From sequence record ON528737: a stretch of DNA of 64,000 nt, one strand, 5' to 3'. Shown here one piece after another: positions 48,999 through 63,665 of this stretch (positions are counted from its first letter, which is position 1; each line of letters starts with the position of its first letter). The translations under genes and the position numbers were made by a program. The stretch comes from Shigella phage ESh27. The notes beneath the pieces were generated by a model. It saw only the letters and a program-made list of their open reading frames with translations, was not told the origin of the DNA and searched no databases.

Positions 48999-50569
48999 TA
49001 AAAATCCTCTTGTTCTTGGTCGGGGTCTTGGAAACGAGCCTCTTTCGACTCTTCTTCAATTTGCTTAGCCTCTTGTTCAATTTCCTCGTCAGACATCTGA
49101 AGAATATCTTTCATAGCTGTTCTGTGAGAAATATATTTACCAATAAATGGTTCGGCCATCTGAAGCATATTAATGCGACGCTCCAGAATCTCAGCATCCT
49201 TTAATTCCGAGAAATAACTATCCCGATGAAATTTTATCTTAATATTATTTATTTCATCATTCCACTCATCTTCTGTAATAATTCCTTTAAGAATTAAATT
49301 GGTTTTAAGCGGATCTAGGAATATCTCTTCAAATTTATGTTGCAGCTCACGAATAAATTTACCAAATGTCAATTCATCTCGTGTAATAGAAGTACCGGCA
49401 TCAAACTGTATACCGCCTTGGTCGCTTGGAATACGGGTAATTGGAATACGTAAAGCCATATAAAGCGCATTACGGAACCAACGTACATCTTCCATATTTC
49501 CAGTATTATCTGCACCCGGTAATGTATCAACTTCTGTTACTGCTTTACCATCACGTCGTTGTAACCAATAATCTTCGGTCATCGACATAATATGCTGCTG
49601 GTTTTTAATCTTGCCTGTAGTAGCATCATATGCAATACGGTTTTTCATCGTATTCATAACATGTTGCATATGTTCTGCTGCTTTTCTTGAAGGCATATTA
49701 CCTGTATCAACGTACCATACACGACGATCAGGAGCACGAGTAATACGATAAATTACGACGGCATCTTCAAGAAGTTTTAATTGGTTCGCCGGCTTAATAG
49801 CCCGATGCAAATAACCAATGATATTTTTACCACAACAATCAACTAAACCAGAATGGGCATAAACAATCGCGGCTTTAGGGATTTTTATTTTTGTGCCAGC
49901 TTCATATATGCGACCGTCACAAGCATAAGATTCGTGTGATGTGTCATAAATGAAATATTCTTTATAACCCTTGACTATTTTAACACCGGCTTCAGTGGTT
50001 GTAATAACTTCACGGACATATTGAACTTGACGTGGGTCTAAACGACGAAGCTCTTTAATACCTTCTTTAGGGCGTTTAGGGTCAATAATTTTATGGAAGA
50101 AAATTCGAGAATCCACATACCAACGTCTAAAATGGTCTGAACCTTTACGTTGGAAAGATAAATGATTTAACACTTCGTTAAATTCATCCAACATCATTGA
50201 TTTGATATTTGGACTAAATTTTGTGTTGTCTAAATTTATAGAAACGACTTCTGTATCATCTTCATATACGATAGCATCGGAAACTATTTCAGAGACTGCA
50301 TTGTCTACTTCATAGTTCGTCATCAAATTTCGGTATGTATCGATTAATTCACGGGTTGATTTGAGCCCTGGTTCTTGGCTACCAAACATTCTCTGAAACA
50401 TAGCATTATATGTTTGCTGTGCTTCATTTTCAGATACTTCGTATTCTTTAGCACCATCATCTAATTTTGGTGTGGTAATCGATTCTAAATTTTCTTTTTC
50501 TTGGTCTTTGTAATCACGTTCGTCCATTTTTGCCCATGGAGCAAACAAACTTAAGATATTAAATTTCAT
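48998..50569 (-). CDS. 20: Portal vertex protein gp20
   Basis: 523 aa (T4 gp20 524 aa); synteny. Confidence 0.95.
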   Translation of the reverse strand: MKFNILSLFAPWAKMDERDYKDQEKENLESITTPKLDDGAKEYEVSENEAQQTYNAMFQRMFGSQEPGLKSTRELIDTYRNLMTNYEVDNAVSEIVSDAIVYEDDTEVVSINLDNTKFSPNIKSMMLDEFNEVLNHLSFQRKGSDHFRRWYVDSRIFFHKIIDPKRPKEGIKELRRLDPRQVQYVREVITTTEAGVKIVKGYKEYFIYDTSHESYACDGRIYEAGTKIKIPKAAIVYAHSGLVDCCGKNIIGYLHRAIKPANQLKLLEDAVVIYRITRAPDRRVWYVDTGNMPSRKAAEHMQHVMNTMKNRIAYDATTGKIKNQQHIMSMTEDYWLQRRDGKAVTEVDTLPGADNTGNMEDVRWFRNALYMALRIPITRIPSDQGGIQFDAGTSITRDELTFGKFIRELQHKFEEIFLDPLKTNLILKGIITEDEWNDEINNIKIKFHRDSYFSELKDAEILERRINMLQMAEPFIGKYISHRTAMKDILQMSDEEIEQEAKQIEEESKEARFQDPDQEQEDF

Positions 50570-50596
50570 TGTATTCTCCGAATGGGAATTATAGTT

Positions 50597-50604
50597 ATAT
50601 TTAT
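50597..50604 (-). promoter_or_regulatory. T4-type late promoter (TATAAATA) for gene 20
   Basis: Plus tatttata; ~28 nt upstream of gp20 ATG; preceded on the minus strand by hairpin TTGGGGAGAAATCCCCAA (50630-50647). Confidence 0.65.
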
Positions 50605-50653
50605 ATGGACTTCTCCGTCATCACGGGAAGTTGGGGAGAAATCCCCAACCAGA

Positions 50654-51145
50654 TTATTCCCACCAATCAAGAGCAAGAGTTACTTCGAACGTTTCAATCT
50701 CGTTATTGCTGTCCCAGTCAAGAGATACTTCACCAACGTTAGTAGGCCACAAGCCAACAATTTCAACTTCTTTAGTGACCGTTTTAGCATCACGAGCAAA
50801 TTGACGAACGATAGCAGTCTTTTTATATTCAGCAGGTTTACCACCGGTAATTTCATTGCCTTGTCCTGCTGCAATACCTTGCCAATCAACAAATTTCTGA
50901 CGAATACTATGAGCATCGTCGTTCATTACTGTAATAGTCCAATCATCGAATGTACGGTCACCGGCCACGTTAATTTTACGGTTCATATAAGAAACAGGAA
51001 CCTTTTCAACGATCGCAGCAGGAAGAGCAGTAGCACGACACTGGAAGCTAAAGTTTTGCCCAAGATAAGAGATTTCTACTTCGAACAGGTTAGGGCGAGC
51101 GAAATCACCAGATTCGAAGGCACGAGTTACGTCATCTACAAACAT
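50654..51145 (-). CDS. 19: Tail tube protein gp19
   Basis: 163 aa (T4 gp19 163 aa). Confidence 0.95.
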   Translation of the reverse strand: MFVDDVTRAFESGDFARPNLFEVEISYLGQNFSFQCRATALPAAIVEKVPVSYMNRKINVAGDRTFDDWTITVMNDDAHSIRQKFVDWQGIAAGQGNEITGGKPAEYKKTAIVRQFARDAKTVTKEVEIVGLWPTNVGEVSLDWDSNNEIETFEVTLALDWWE

Positions 51146-51217
51146 ATTAGCCTCTGTAGTAATATGGGCTTAGGATTAACCGGATGCCCATAGAATTAAT
51201 TTTTAAACGATATAGTA

Positions 51218-51225
51218 TATTTATA
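51218..51225 (-). promoter_or_regulatory. Putative late promoter (TATAAATA) for gene 19
   Basis: Plus tatttata; directly downstream (minus sense) of hairpin GGGCTACCGAAATAGCCC at 51227-51244. Confidence 0.5.
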
Positions 51226-51257
51226 TGGGCTACCGAAATAGCCCATCAGGCGTCTTA

Positions 51258-53240
51258 TTAGCCACCTACAGCACCAATCAGTTCGTCGAAATCAGCACCA
51301 GTTGCTGTTGCTACAAAGTTCAACGTAATATAATTTATCGAGCGGGCAGGTTGTAAGTAGAAAGTAGCTACAAATTCATTACGGTCGATAACTGCTGGGG
51401 TGTTATTGGTAGTATCACAAACAACTTTAAAGTTATATACACCACCGAGAGCTTTAATACCCTGTAGATATTGAGAAGTCTCTGTACGGAAAGAAGAACG
51501 GGTGAATGCGTTATTCAATTCAAACAGGCGATATTTGGATGCCGAACCAATGTTCGTTTTAACCATGTTAAACAAACGACGTACGTTAATACGGTCAAAT
51601 GGCGAAGGAACAGAAGTGGCAGTTTTATCACCATACAGAACATATCCATCACCACCGGTACCAGTAACAGGGTTAATAGCTTCCTGATACAAACGATCTC
51701 GTTGTGCTTGACGAGTTTCAATTGCAAGCTTAATAACGTTAAGAATTTGTCCACGGTTATAACCGGCTGGAGACATCCAAGGCTGAGAAATATTGTCTGT
51801 TCGAGCACAAAGACCGGCGATATCAGCAGCTAATGGAACCCAACGATTCACATCGTTATATTTGTCATATTGATATTTATAGTTACCATCAATAGCAGCA
51901 TAAGTAGAACTTATATTAAAGTTATTATCAGTGTAAGTTCCTGACGCTGTACGCCAATCAACCAGATTATCAACTGCACGATTAACAGGAATACCAACTA
52001 CAGCTGCACGTGGAGGCGAGCAAAGAACCAAGCAATCTTGACGAGAATCACCAATTGCTACAACGTGTTTCTGAACTGTAGAAGCAACTTCTAAAGATTC
52101 ACCAGCACAAGAACCAGCAATAAACAGCTGTGCATTAACCGATTCACGGTCAGCAAACAAATCCCAAGCTTCCATTAAATCACCGGCTTCAACCGTTTCA
52201 TTAGATGATAAGCCACCATTCAGTTTGATTACGCCAGAGAAACCTTTTGGCCAACCTTGTGCCGTAGCGAAAATATAATTGCTTGCGCCTTTAGCAAAGA
52301 AATCGTCAATGAAGATATTGCTACCATAAATATCTCGTTCACCACGTTTAGTAGAAAGAACTACGCTCTGGACTACCGCGTCGTTGCGACGAACGATAAT
52401 TGCATATTGGTCGTCAGTCTGTGGACCGTACCCAAAGATTGCTTTAGCAGTAGAATAACGAGTGCCACCATCAGGATAAATTTTTAACTGGGCTGAAGCA
52501 CCTTTGTCATAGTCTGCTTTAGATACGATTTCAATTTCGAGCTGGTCTCCAAGTTCACCTGGATAAAGAGCAACTACACCCGGGACACCATATTTTTTAA
52601 TAGATTCTTGGAAAGTTAGAGAAGTAATAGCTTCTTCTGAAGTTTCAACTTCAGTCAACAGAATACCAGAATCCATTACAACTGAATCAATAGTAATTAC
52701 TGCAGACAGACCAGAAGAAGACCCAGACATTTCGGCAGTCCAGTTTGAACCTAATTCAGGATATTCGCCGATTTCTTTCGCTTTAGCGATAATTTTACCT
52801 GAAGGAATAAAGATATTCAAAATTTTACCGTCAGAATCAACTGAAGTAACTTCACCGTCTGGTTCGATAACATCTGTAGAATATTTAACTACAACTTTAT
52901 CACCGACTCTGTAGTTGGTGCCAGCCGAAGAAATAGTAAAATTAATGTTTCCTGCCACAGGAGATGAGTTCTTAGCAGTATCACGATCAACAGCGCGTAC
53001 AACACGAAGGTCATTACCATATTGAAGGAAGTTCATAGCAGACATGAAATAATCTGCGGTGTCTGTGTTAGGAGTACCAAACATATCAACCAACGCAACT
53101 TCATCGGTGATTTGTTTAATCTGGAATGCAGGTCCCCATTGGAATTTTCCAGCCAGGGCAGCAGTACCAGTGGAGTTATTAACTACAGTACTCTGTACGG
53201 TAGTTTCTTTGAGCTCAACGCCCGGAGAGAGAAGTGCCAT
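51258..53240 (-). CDS. 18: Tail sheath protein gp18
   Basis: 660 aa (T4 gp18 659 aa); MALLSPGVELKETTVQSTVVNNSTGTAALAGKFQWGPAFQIKQ. Confidence 0.95.
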   Translation of the reverse strand: MALLSPGVELKETTVQSTVVNNSTGTAALAGKFQWGPAFQIKQITDEVALVDMFGTPNTDTADYFMSAMNFLQYGNDLRVVRAVDRDTAKNSSPVAGNINFTISSAGTNYRVGDKVVVKYSTDVIEPDGEVTSVDSDGKILNIFIPSGKIIAKAKEIGEYPELGSNWTAEMSGSSSGLSAVITIDSVVMDSGILLTEVETSEEAITSLTFQESIKKYGVPGVVALYPGELGDQLEIEIVSKADYDKGASAQLKIYPDGGTRYSTAKAIFGYGPQTDDQYAIIVRRNDAVVQSVVLSTKRGERDIYGSNIFIDDFFAKGASNYIFATAQGWPKGFSGVIKLNGGLSSNETVEAGDLMEAWDLFADRESVNAQLFIAGSCAGESLEVASTVQKHVVAIGDSRQDCLVLCSPPRAAVVGIPVNRAVDNLVDWRTASGTYTDNNFNISSTYAAIDGNYKYQYDKYNDVNRWVPLAADIAGLCARTDNISQPWMSPAGYNRGQILNVIKLAIETRQAQRDRLYQEAINPVTGTGGDGYVLYGDKTATSVPSPFDRINVRRLFNMVKTNIGSASKYRLFELNNAFTRSSFRTETSQYLQGIKALGGVYNFKVVCDTTNNTPAVIDRNEFVATFYLQPARSINYITLNFVATATGADFDELIGAVGG

Positions 53241-53267
53241 TTTAATTCCTCTTAATTTGCTTTATTT

Positions 53268-55593
<2,326 letters not shown>

Positions 55594-56418
55594 TTATTGT
55601 TTTCTAGGACCAGGAGGGGTTGGTGGAGTCGGGATTGGAATATCATGAGTATAAGTTTGTTCAACTTCACCATTCCAATCTTGTGCTTCAACGTCTCTCG
55701 GTTTAATTTCTGTATCAACTGATTCAAAAACACTGGCGGCTGTTTGAAGGTCTCGTTCATTAGCATGAAAATCAAGATAAGTCGTTTTAATAAGGCCTTC
55801 GGCTGCGCCTACCGGAGGATACATCCATCCATTTACTTCAAATGTTAATGACCACTCTAAACGTCGACGGGATAAATTATCACCATCTATTTGTTCATCC
55901 ATTGCTGCTGACATCCATACGACTTTAATATCCCTTTCAAATGGAATATCCTGTCCATACTGCTCAATCATAGTCGTATTAAAATGCGGCTGAAAATATG
56001 GAATAATTTGCTCAACGATTTGAAACATATCATCTTCATAACGAGTAAAGATGCTCAGTTCAAAAATCATTTTAATTGGTGATGGGTTGTATTGGTCTAC
56101 AATATCCTTAGTCGATTTACTCAAAAGAGAGTTATTCAATATATTCGTTTTAAAAGTCGGGTTATAAACGAAATCTACCATTTGGAGATTTATACGTGGT
56201 AGAATAGTTTCGACTTTAGCCACATCTTCTTGTGAGTTTATAGAGGTCCATTTATTAAGTTTCATCATAAAGTGCTCTTTAGATGCATACGTAATAGGAA
56301 CTCTAATTAATTTATTGCCTGTAGACAATTGACGGTTAACTTGGATATTTGAAAACAAATCGCCCATCATTGTGATATATCGCCTGAACGACGAGTTGTA
56401 AAAATAACCAAACATCAT
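55594..56418 (-). CDS. 15: Tail sheath stabilizer / tail completion protein gp15
   Basis: 274 aa (T4 gp15 272 aa); synteny. Confidence 0.9.
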   Translation of the reverse strand: MMFGYFYNSSFRRYITMMGDLFSNIQVNRQLSTGNKLIRVPITYASKEHFMMKLNKWTSINSQEDVAKVETILPRINLQMVDFVYNPTFKTNILNNSLLSKSTKDIVDQYNPSPIKMIFELSIFTRYEDDMFQIVEQIIPYFQPHFNTTMIEQYGQDIPFERDIKVVWMSAAMDEQIDGDNLSRRRLEWSLTFEVNGWMYPPVGAAEGLIKTTYLDFHANERDLQTAASVFESVDTEIKPRDVEAQDWNGEVEQTYTHDIPIPTPPTPPGPRKQ

Positions 56419-56467
56419 TTCTCCTAACCGGCCTTTCGACCGGTGTTTGCTTTATCTTATTTATTTA

Positions 56468-57232
56468 TTAATTCATAAACCCATCGTCAAATGGTGAATT
56501 TTGTCTACCGCGGTTGTTAACTACTACATATGGTTCAACGTATTCACTTGCCTCTGAATTGATTTGCTCAACTTCAGAATATTCATCGATATTAATGTCA
56601 TGGATACCGTCAAGATTTCTAACAGGGTTAAGTTCCAAGTCACTAAATTCAGGTATATTGATACCTTCATTTTTCTGAAGCACCGGATTGATTTCTTCAC
56701 CGGAGTAAATAAACTTGCCTGCAGTAATTTTACGAATCGCATTTTTACCTACTTGATAGAACGGGTCATATGGTTCAACCCAGTTAATCTCAAACAAACT
56801 GTTGTCCATTGGGAAGTATATTAAATCACCTTCCTTAGGCTCCTGATTGTTAACCTGGTGTTTGAAAAGACCTGGGTTAATAGATAATGTAACTTCATCT
56901 TGAACTTGCATTCCGAAGTTGCTGAAGAACGATTTCGCTCCTTCATAACCTTCAAATGAGTTCAGATATGCTGCAAATTTCCATGCTTTAGTAAATTTAT
57001 TTTTAAGGTCCTCACCAAAGATAAGATCCACTGCAACATATTCACGTGGAACATAAAAACATTCAATACCGCGCATTTGTATGCTTTCTGCCACTAGAAC
57101 ATCAGCTAATGTCTGACTATTCTCATAGTTATTAAAATTGACAAATGGATTGAGGATTTCGGTCTCATTTGTCTGAGAATACCCGCCGCGATTTTCTAGT
57201 TTGGCGAAAAGATTTTTATCATAAGTCGCCAT
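56468..57232 (-). CDS. 14: Neck protein gp14
   Basis: 254 aa (T4 gp14 256 aa); synteny. Confidence 0.9.
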   Translation of the reverse strand: MATYDKNLFAKLENRGGYSQTNETEILNPFVNFNNYENSQTLADVLVAESIQMRGIECFYVPREYVAVDLIFGEDLKNKFTKAWKFAAYLNSFEGYEGAKSFFSNFGMQVQDEVTLSINPGLFKHQVNNQEPKEGDLIYFPMDNSLFEINWVEPYDPFYQVGKNAIRKITAGKFIYSGEEINPVLQKNEGINIPEFSDLELNPVRNLDGIHDINIDEYSEVEQINSEASEYVEPYVVVNNRGRQNSPFDDGFMN

Positions 57233-57233
57233 A

Positions 57234-58160
57234 TTAACCTACCAAAATACCTGCAGGAGGGTCCAGTAAATATAACTCTTCTCGTAAAGCTTCTTTCTCT
57301 AAACGGGCTTCTTCAATTAATCGAACACCATCAACAGTGACACCGCCTGGTAACATCATACCTTGATGTTTAGCAAGAATTTGTCCATTAAGCTCTTTAG
57401 CTAATGCAGTTGCATAATCTTTAACCCAGCGGTTGTTATATGCGCCTTGTTTAGTTGCAGGATCTTCACCAACTCGACGTCCGACTAAATTATGGTCTGG
57501 GTTGTCATACCGCTCAGAAATAGACCATGAATCACGAGGACCGACCTGTCCGTAACCTACTGTATTTCCTACCATCTTATGTGTCTCAATATAAGAGCGA
57601 ACATACGATTCAACGATAATAACATCTTTCTGTCTAAAGTTACCCATTACTTTTAATTGCTCGTTTGCAGAGTTAAACCAAAAATCTGGAAGAGGAGCAA
57701 TCATATCTTGAAGCATACCCATATAAGATACTAATTGAGAATAATACCCGAGGTCGGCACCAAAAGCGTTCGGACCGTAGAATTTACCACAATTACTACC
57801 CATACCACCAGAAACGCCTGCCATTCCTAAAAGGAAATCAGTGAACCATGGATAAGTTGCGTTACCATCCATTGAAGTAATAGAGCCAACGTTTGTTCTT
57901 ATAATTCTTGTTACAGCAAATACATTAGAACCACGCATATCAAATACGCCGTGACGGTATTTTTCTTCGTCATCAACAAAAAATACATGGAAACCTTTAT
58001 TCAACCCGTCAAAATGGTATTCGCCATAAAGTTCTAACGCTCGTGAAATACAATCATAAATTTGGTCTGTAGTTAATTCGACATTTACAATAGGAGCGCC
58101 TAAACGACGTAATATTACATCCTTTAATTCTTTAGGGTTTTGTGCATTATAACCTGACAT
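57234..58160 (-). CDS. 13: Neck protein gp13
   Basis: 308 aa (T4 gp13 309 aa); synteny. Confidence 0.9.
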   Translation of the reverse strand: MSGYNAQNPKELKDVILRRLGAPIVNVELTTDQIYDCISRALELYGEYHFDGLNKGFHVFFVDDEEKYRHGVFDMRGSNVFAVTRIIRTNVGSITSMDGNATYPWFTDFLLGMAGVSGGMGSNCGKFYGPNAFGADLGYYSQLVSYMGMLQDMIAPLPDFWFNSANEQLKVMGNFRQKDVIIVESYVRSYIETHKMVGNTVGYGQVGPRDSWSISERYDNPDHNLVGRRVGEDPATKQGAYNNRWVKDYATALAKELNGQILAKHQGMMLPGGVTVDGVRLIEEARLEKEALREELYLLDPPAGILVG

Positions 58161-58192
58161 ATAAATCCTTTAGGGCCCGAAGGCCCTTTTCA

Positions 58193-59635
58193 TTAAGCTG
58201 TAGGAAGTTCAACCCAAGCACCATCTTTGCGAACATAGAATTTACCGTCCGAAGGAGCATCTTCGATATATCCAGCCTCTTTAAGGGCCTGAATTTCTGC
58301 TTCTGCTGCAGCAAGGTCGGTTTCTAAAGTGGTAACACGCGTAGTTAAAGCCATAATTGTTGTGTCATGGTTTTTAACTGTTGGCAATATACCACGTTCT
58401 TCTATGGTTTGACCATTTGGGTTAGTGCCGCTTATAAGTTTATTTAAACTAGTTACTTGTCCTTTAATACCTGACGAATTAGTTCCCAATTCGGTTTGAA
58501 CGTTTTGAATGTTATTGCCTAGGTCAGTAACACCAGTTTCAAGAATACGAGTCCTATATAAAAGTGAACCAGCCGGTTCGGGTTGTCCACCATTTGAATC
58601 AACGCCAACCACCTGATTAAGCCATGCTACATTAAAACGTAAACCACTAGAAGAATCAACACCTAAAACTGTGTTAATACCTGAAATGGAATCGGTATTT
58701 AATTTGATCTTACCCTGAAGAGTAGTTGGTAAATCTGGAGAGCCTATAGTAGTTTCTAACGTTGTCAAACGTGGTTTAATACCGCCAGGCGAGTTAATGT
58801 CTGAATTTATTGTTGATATAGAAAGACGATTGGCCTCGACTTGAGTTTTAATAGCGGTTGAATTAGGATATCCAACAAAATCTTTTAATGCCGCAATATC
58901 TCTAGTTTGGATAGAAATGGATGAATCAATACCGGATAAACGAGTGTAAACTGGTACTGTTAACGATGGTCTAGGACCTATTTCTTGACGGAGGTTTTCA
59001 ACTTCGGTTGTCAGAGCCCCAACATCAGAATCGGCAAATTTATTTTCTAACTCGGTTAAACGAACGCCTTGGTCAACCAACACCGAGCTGTTAGTAATAA
59101 TACGTCGTTTCATCCCGGTGCTTTCATTACCTTCGGTTGGGACACCATTAATATCTTGCCCAGTATATTGCCCTAATTCGGTTTTAATCCAAAGAAGGTC
59201 GTTACGCACCGTACGATACACTGAATCTGTTTCTGGATTAACTACTCCGATATTAGCAATAGTATCATCTAGTTTTTCTTCAGTGTTTAAAATATCAACA
59301 CCGTGTGAATTTACAGTGTGTTTTAATACTTCAATATCATCAGTGTTATGTCCAATTTGTGCTAAAGCATCTACGTCACCAGAAACATCCAAGATACTTT
59401 TAATTGTGACAATATCAGCATTAGCGGTATCTAAAGATTCTGCGATAGTCTTAACGTTATCGTTAATTGTTTCTACATTTCGTTGAACTTCTGTTATTGG
59501 ACGGTTCATTACTCCTTCAGAACCGTATAACGTATCAGCGCCAGTTATTTCTTCTGAATTTTTAATCCAGTTTAAACGTTTTTGACCCTCATCAGGAGGG
59601 CCATCAACGTATGGTAGACTTTTTAATTCGATCAT
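58193..59635 (-). CDS. wac: Fibritin (whisker antigen control) with C-terminal foldon
   Basis: 480 aa coiled-coil protein; C-terminal foldon GYIEDAPSDGKFYVRKDGAWVELPTA. Confidence 0.93.
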   Translation of the reverse strand: MIELKSLPYVDGPPDEGQKRLNWIKNSEEITGADTLYGSEGVMNRPITEVQRNVETINDNVKTIAESLDTANADIVTIKSILDVSGDVDALAQIGHNTDDIEVLKHTVNSHGVDILNTEEKLDDTIANIGVVNPETDSVYRTVRNDLLWIKTELGQYTGQDINGVPTEGNESTGMKRRIITNSSVLVDQGVRLTELENKFADSDVGALTTEVENLRQEIGPRPSLTVPVYTRLSGIDSSISIQTRDIAALKDFVGYPNSTAIKTQVEANRLSISTINSDINSPGGIKPRLTTLETTIGSPDLPTTLQGKIKLNTDSISGINTVLGVDSSSGLRFNVAWLNQVVGVDSNGGQPEPAGSLLYRTRILETGVTDLGNNIQNVQTELGTNSSGIKGQVTSLNKLISGTNPNGQTIEERGILPTVKNHDTTIMALTTRVTTLETDLAAAEAEIQALKEAGYIEDAPSDGKFYVRKDGAWVELPTA

Positions 59636-59644
59636 TTTTTACCC

Positions 59645-61195
59645 TTAGTAATGGACTTTAATAATATAATTTAAAGATATATTCCATGGACGAGTCTCAT
59701 ATCCGATAAGTCCTTCACGGTTAAGAGTGCCTGTTGCGTCGCGGTGACCGCCTAATTCGAAGCCGTCATTTGTGAAATATGATGCGTTATCCCAATCAGC
59801 GTATTTTCTAGTACCCAAATAACCTTGATATACGGATGCTCCGAATGGTGCCTCATGACGTTGATATTCGCCCCATCCACCGGCGTGTTTATGATATGAC
59901 ATTTGCTGTGCTTGGACACCACCAACATGCATACCGTCACATCCTACACCTAATCTATCCTTTCCATAGCCGTCTTGACCGCGATTATTTAAAATATGGC
60001 TGCCTGTACCAGCTCCTCTAACAAAAAGACCGCGCATGTCTGGAATTCCAGGATTATTCCAATCACCGCCAAATCTCGTTCCAACCACATTTCGATAGTC
60101 CGGAAATTGGTTCCCAGAAACGGTCCCGCCATGACATAAAACCCAACCTGGAGGAGCGCTATCACCTGCGAACATTTGAATTGTTCCAACAGGAACACGT
60201 TCAGATGCGTATCGCTCTGTTGCAACCGGCTGGTCACCGTTTTTCCACATTCCACCACGTGACCAAATTCCGTTTGCTGTGAGATGGTCTAAATTTAAAG
60301 AACCATTAATAGTTTGCCCACCGCGTGTATTAATTACATCTGCGTTCCATGCTAATGCTCCAGAGCTATCGCCTTCGGGTGCAACACCGGCCTGTGTCGT
60401 TAATTTTACGACTCCACGCATAGAACCGGTAGCTCCTCTACCATTTAGCGTTTCACCTGTTACAGCAACATCTCCTAAATTACTATTAATTTCCGTTTGT
60501 GTTCCTAGACGTATAACACCTTTATATTCTTGTGTTGCAACAGAATTCATAAAGGTATACGGGGAAATTGCATATCCTTCGCGAAGAGTTCCTTGACGTG
60601 TTTGAGCCACCGTAGCTAAACGCACAACACCGGTAATAGATTCTGAAGCCGGGTCGTTATTAGGAGCTATTTGAGAAATTAATTTTATTGCTAATTGCTG
60701 AGTTTTAAGCGGTGTCATTGCTGTGGTATCATCAGACCCGGCAAGTGCAGCGGTTTGAGTTGCAATTTTAATAACACCATTAGTTGTTTCGGTGGAATAA
60801 CGAGTAGAGAACGTGTTATCAATAGTTTGGTTTAATTTAAGCGGAGTAATAGAAACAGTGTCTAAAGTGCCGGCAATGGCTTCCTCTTGTGTTGCATATT
60901 TAGTTACACCGTATTGTGTTTCTGACGCGTTCGGATACTGAAGTCTTGCATTTAATGTGGCGGGTGTAACAGCTTTAGTACTATTAAATCCATCAAGAAC
61001 TTCTTGTTCTGTCGCTAATTGAATTACACCTTTTTCTGCTTCACTTGCGTCCGGAACACCTTTAACACCGTATGCGCTAATTGAGGCTAAGGCTGCCTGG
61101 ACATTGGTTATTGAACTATCAAAATTTGACCCTACCGGGTCAAATTCAACATATACAGATTCGTTCGAAACGTGTTGATATGTATTGTTACTCAT
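59645..61195 (-). CDS. 12: Short tail fiber gp12
   Basis: 516 aa (T4 gp12 527 aa); N-terminal ATQ..GT...ITP repeats shared with gp34; synteny. Confidence 0.9.
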   Translation of the reverse strand: MSNNTYQHVSNESVYVEFDPVGSNFDSSITNVQAALASISAYGVKGVPDASEAEKGVIQLATEQEVLDGFNSTKAVTPATLNARLQYPNASETQYGVTKYATQEEAIAGTLDTVSITPLKLNQTIDNTFSTRYSTETTNGVIKIATQTAALAGSDDTTAMTPLKTQQLAIKLISQIAPNNDPASESITGVVRLATVAQTRQGTLREGYAISPYTFMNSVATQEYKGVIRLGTQTEINSNLGDVAVTGETLNGRGATGSMRGVVKLTTQAGVAPEGDSSGALAWNADVINTRGGQTINGSLNLDHLTANGIWSRGGMWKNGDQPVATERYASERVPVGTIQMFAGDSAPPGWVLCHGGTVSGNQFPDYRNVVGTRFGGDWNNPGIPDMRGLFVRGAGTGSHILNNRGQDGYGKDRLGVGCDGMHVGGVQAQQMSYHKHAGGWGEYQRHEAPFGASVYQGYLGTRKYADWDNASYFTNDGFELGGHRDATGTLNREGLIGYETRPWNISLNYIIKVHY

Positions 61196-61869
61196 GCGGT
61201 TCTCACAAAATAATAAAAGGTTGTAGGTGAAATATGGTTGTCAAGAGTAATGGTTTGCGCACCTAGTAAATTCCAAGTGCCGTACCCGGACTTAGCCTGA
61301 GACACTATTTCTTGAGAAACCGTGATACCATAAGAGGAATACGTTGGGAGTACGTGTCTTTGGTTATCTAAATATGTTATTTGTAATTTAGTCCCAACAG
61401 TAGGGTCATCTTTATACTCTGCAATAGCCAATTGGTCGGAAATCGCATTCCGGAGAGTAGTACGTAATTGTACAACAAATTCGTCGGCGGTCATACCTAC
61501 AGTAGCATTAACAGGAAGTCCATAAACTTTTACAATAACAGGGCTTCCATCGGGCAAACTAGGGTCAGTTACACTTCCACTAAAGGACCAATAATCTACC
61601 TGTGAAGTTCCTTCAGGAGATACACCTGAGGTGTTAATTGTAACTGTTCCTACATCTGCTCTAGCAATATTATGAACATCGTTTATTGCAGATTCTACGT
61701 TATCATCATAGAATCCTTTTGCCAATTGAGAAATAGTTACAGAACCTACGCCTTGGTTGTTTAAAATATCAATTTGAGTAGGATTTTTTCTAAATCCTAA
61801 AAAATCTGCTTCGCGGGATATTACTCCCGCTTTAGTACTAAGTATGGTCATTATGCAATCCTTACCCAA
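61192..61869 (-). CDS. 11: Baseplate wedge subunit gp11 (short tail fiber connector)
   Basis: 225 aa (T4 gp11 219 aa); synteny. Confidence 0.88.
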   Translation of the reverse strand: MGKDCIMTILSTKAGVISREADFLGFRKNPTQIDILNNQGVGSVTISQLAKGFYDDNVESAINDVHNIARADVGTVTINTSGVSPEGTSQVDYWSFSGSVTDPSLPDGSPVIVKVYGLPVNATVGMTADEFVVQLRTTLRNAISDQLAIAEYKDDPTVGTKLQITYLDNQRHVLPTYSSYGITVSQEIVSQAKSGYGTWNLLGAQTITLDNHISPTTFYYFVRTA

Positions 61870-63665
61870 CGGTATACGGTAATTGACGGTTGAATATTAT
61901 TTACAGCTTGAGGCGGTACGTGTGTACTATTCGTTGTGGCGTGGCCTTCACGGTATTTGGTGTATATAGGACCTTCTGCATCAGGGTCGTATTGACAACC
62001 ACCAATAATAATTGTGCCGTTCTCATCGGAAATAAGAACTTTCTCGTCAGTTTGAGTAGGAGGTAAATCAGAATTAGTTAGTGTGTTAGACGTTGTTCCG
62101 ACTGTTCCACCGGCGGTATGTGTAGGATTCCCGCTAGAATCAAGGTCGTTATTATTTAATGCAAAATTAGGATCGCTAATATCGTCGTTCCATCCAACTA
62201 ATACTTTTCCTTGTCCCCATAATTTCCAAGAGCCAAATCCTAAATATGTGGCTGGGTTATTAGGGTTCACTGCATTTTCGTAAATAGTACCGACAGGGTA
62301 AATAGTGTTAAAAATATTTGCAATAGATGAGAATTCCCTGCTATATGTCGGAACAGGTTCTACATTAGGCCATCCGATATTATTGAAATCGGTCAAAGCC
62401 ACATCGCCTGTCACATTTACGGTTGCACCTTGTGCGACATACCTTTCATCAGTTGTATCTAAAATGTCATCGATACTTAATAAAGTGCCTAAATCGTTAT
62501 TAAACCATGTAATATCAATAATGTCTTGGTCTTCAAACTTACGGTCAAAGACTAAAGCACGTGCGATAGTTGCATCGTTATCATCATATTCAATAGAATA
62601 ATCTGTGTTAGATGTAACCCAAGTCCCACCTAAAGCTGAACACTCAGTAGAAGTTTCTGCGTCAGCTCCTTCACATCTGAACATAGGTAAACCAACAGTA
62701 CCAGCTAATTCTTGAAGAATACCGTTAAAACGAACTTCTAAAGAATTGGTATTGACCGGTTCTGAAGGATTAACTCCAAATGCGGAAAAAGGAATAGATT
62801 TCAAAGTTGACAAATCAGCAACATATACACTTCCTTCTAAGGAAGGACGGGTTGTTAATTTCGAATCTAAAATACGTATTTGGCGGCGAGAATAAGAACT
62901 ACGTAATTGTGTAATCCCATCTAAAAAGGTTTCAATTTGTACAGTGTCGCCGATATTACATGGTTGTCTTAAACGGATGTTTTTACCGTCTAATGCAACG
63001 ATTTCACCAGGATTAGCTCCTGGAGAACCAAAGTCACTATTGTCACTGAACACATCACCGTAGTATAATTCGTTACCACGATGTTTTACACGGATATTAT
63101 TCACATTATAAGAAACAGACCCAAATACATCAAGAAAATCAGTTTGACCTTGAACTTCGACTAAAAATTCTTTACGAGCTACACTACTAATATCAGAACT
63201 AGTAATTTTGTCTATTTGTTTATTTTTAACATATTCCCAGCGTCCAGGAGAACAGTAAACTAATTCTAAGTCTGAAAACTGCACATTGATTTCTACTGGG
63301 CTGGAAGAACCTTTAATAGTATCACCGCTGGCAGCAATTAATGTTACAGGGTTAATATTCCACGTGGCGAATACATCACGGGCTCTAATTACTTTATTAT
63401 AATCTTCCACTGTTCCTTTAGGTAAATTTATAGAAACACGCCCTGTTGAAGTATCAATTGCGTATGATTTACCCCATTCAGCAGCTAAATTAAGTCCATC
63501 TGAAGAATGGTATGTTTTCCAGGCACCAGCGGAATATGGAACTTCGCCATCGCCTAATTCATAATACAACTCATCAAAGTTTTCATTAATTTTTGCACCA
63601 CCACGACGAAGGTAATCGCCTTGTCCGTCATCAACGACGTTCCCAATTTTAATATTTTGTTTCAT
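61851..63665 (-). CDS. 10: Baseplate wedge subunit and tail pin gp10
   Basis: 604 aa (T4 gp10 602 aa); synteny. Confidence 0.9.
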   Translation of the reverse strand: MKQNIKIGNVVDDGQGDYLRRGGAKINENFDELYYELGDGEVPYSAGAWKTYHSSDGLNLAAEWGKSYAIDTSTGRVSINLPKGTVEDYNKVIRARDVFATWNINPVTLIAASGDTIKGSSSPVEINVQFSDLELVYCSPGRWEYVKNKQIDKITSSDISSVARKEFLVEVQGQTDFLDVFGSVSYNVNNIRVKHRGNELYYGDVFSDNSDFGSPGANPGEIVALDGKNIRLRQPCNIGDTVQIETFLDGITQLRSSYSRRQIRILDSKLTTRPSLEGSVYVADLSTLKSIPFSAFGVNPSEPVNTNSLEVRFNGILQELAGTVGLPMFRCEGADAETSTECSALGGTWVTSNTDYSIEYDDNDATIARALVFDRKFEDQDIIDITWFNNDLGTLLSIDDILDTTDERYVAQGATVNVTGDVALTDFNNIGWPNVEPVPTYSREFSSIANIFNTIYPVGTIYENAVNPNNPATYLGFGSWKLWGQGKVLVGWNDDISDPNFALNNNDLDSSGNPTHTAGGTVGTTSNTLTNSDLPPTQTDEKVLISDENGTIIIGGCQYDPDAEGPIYTKYREGHATTNSTHVPPQAVNNIQPSITVYRWVRIA

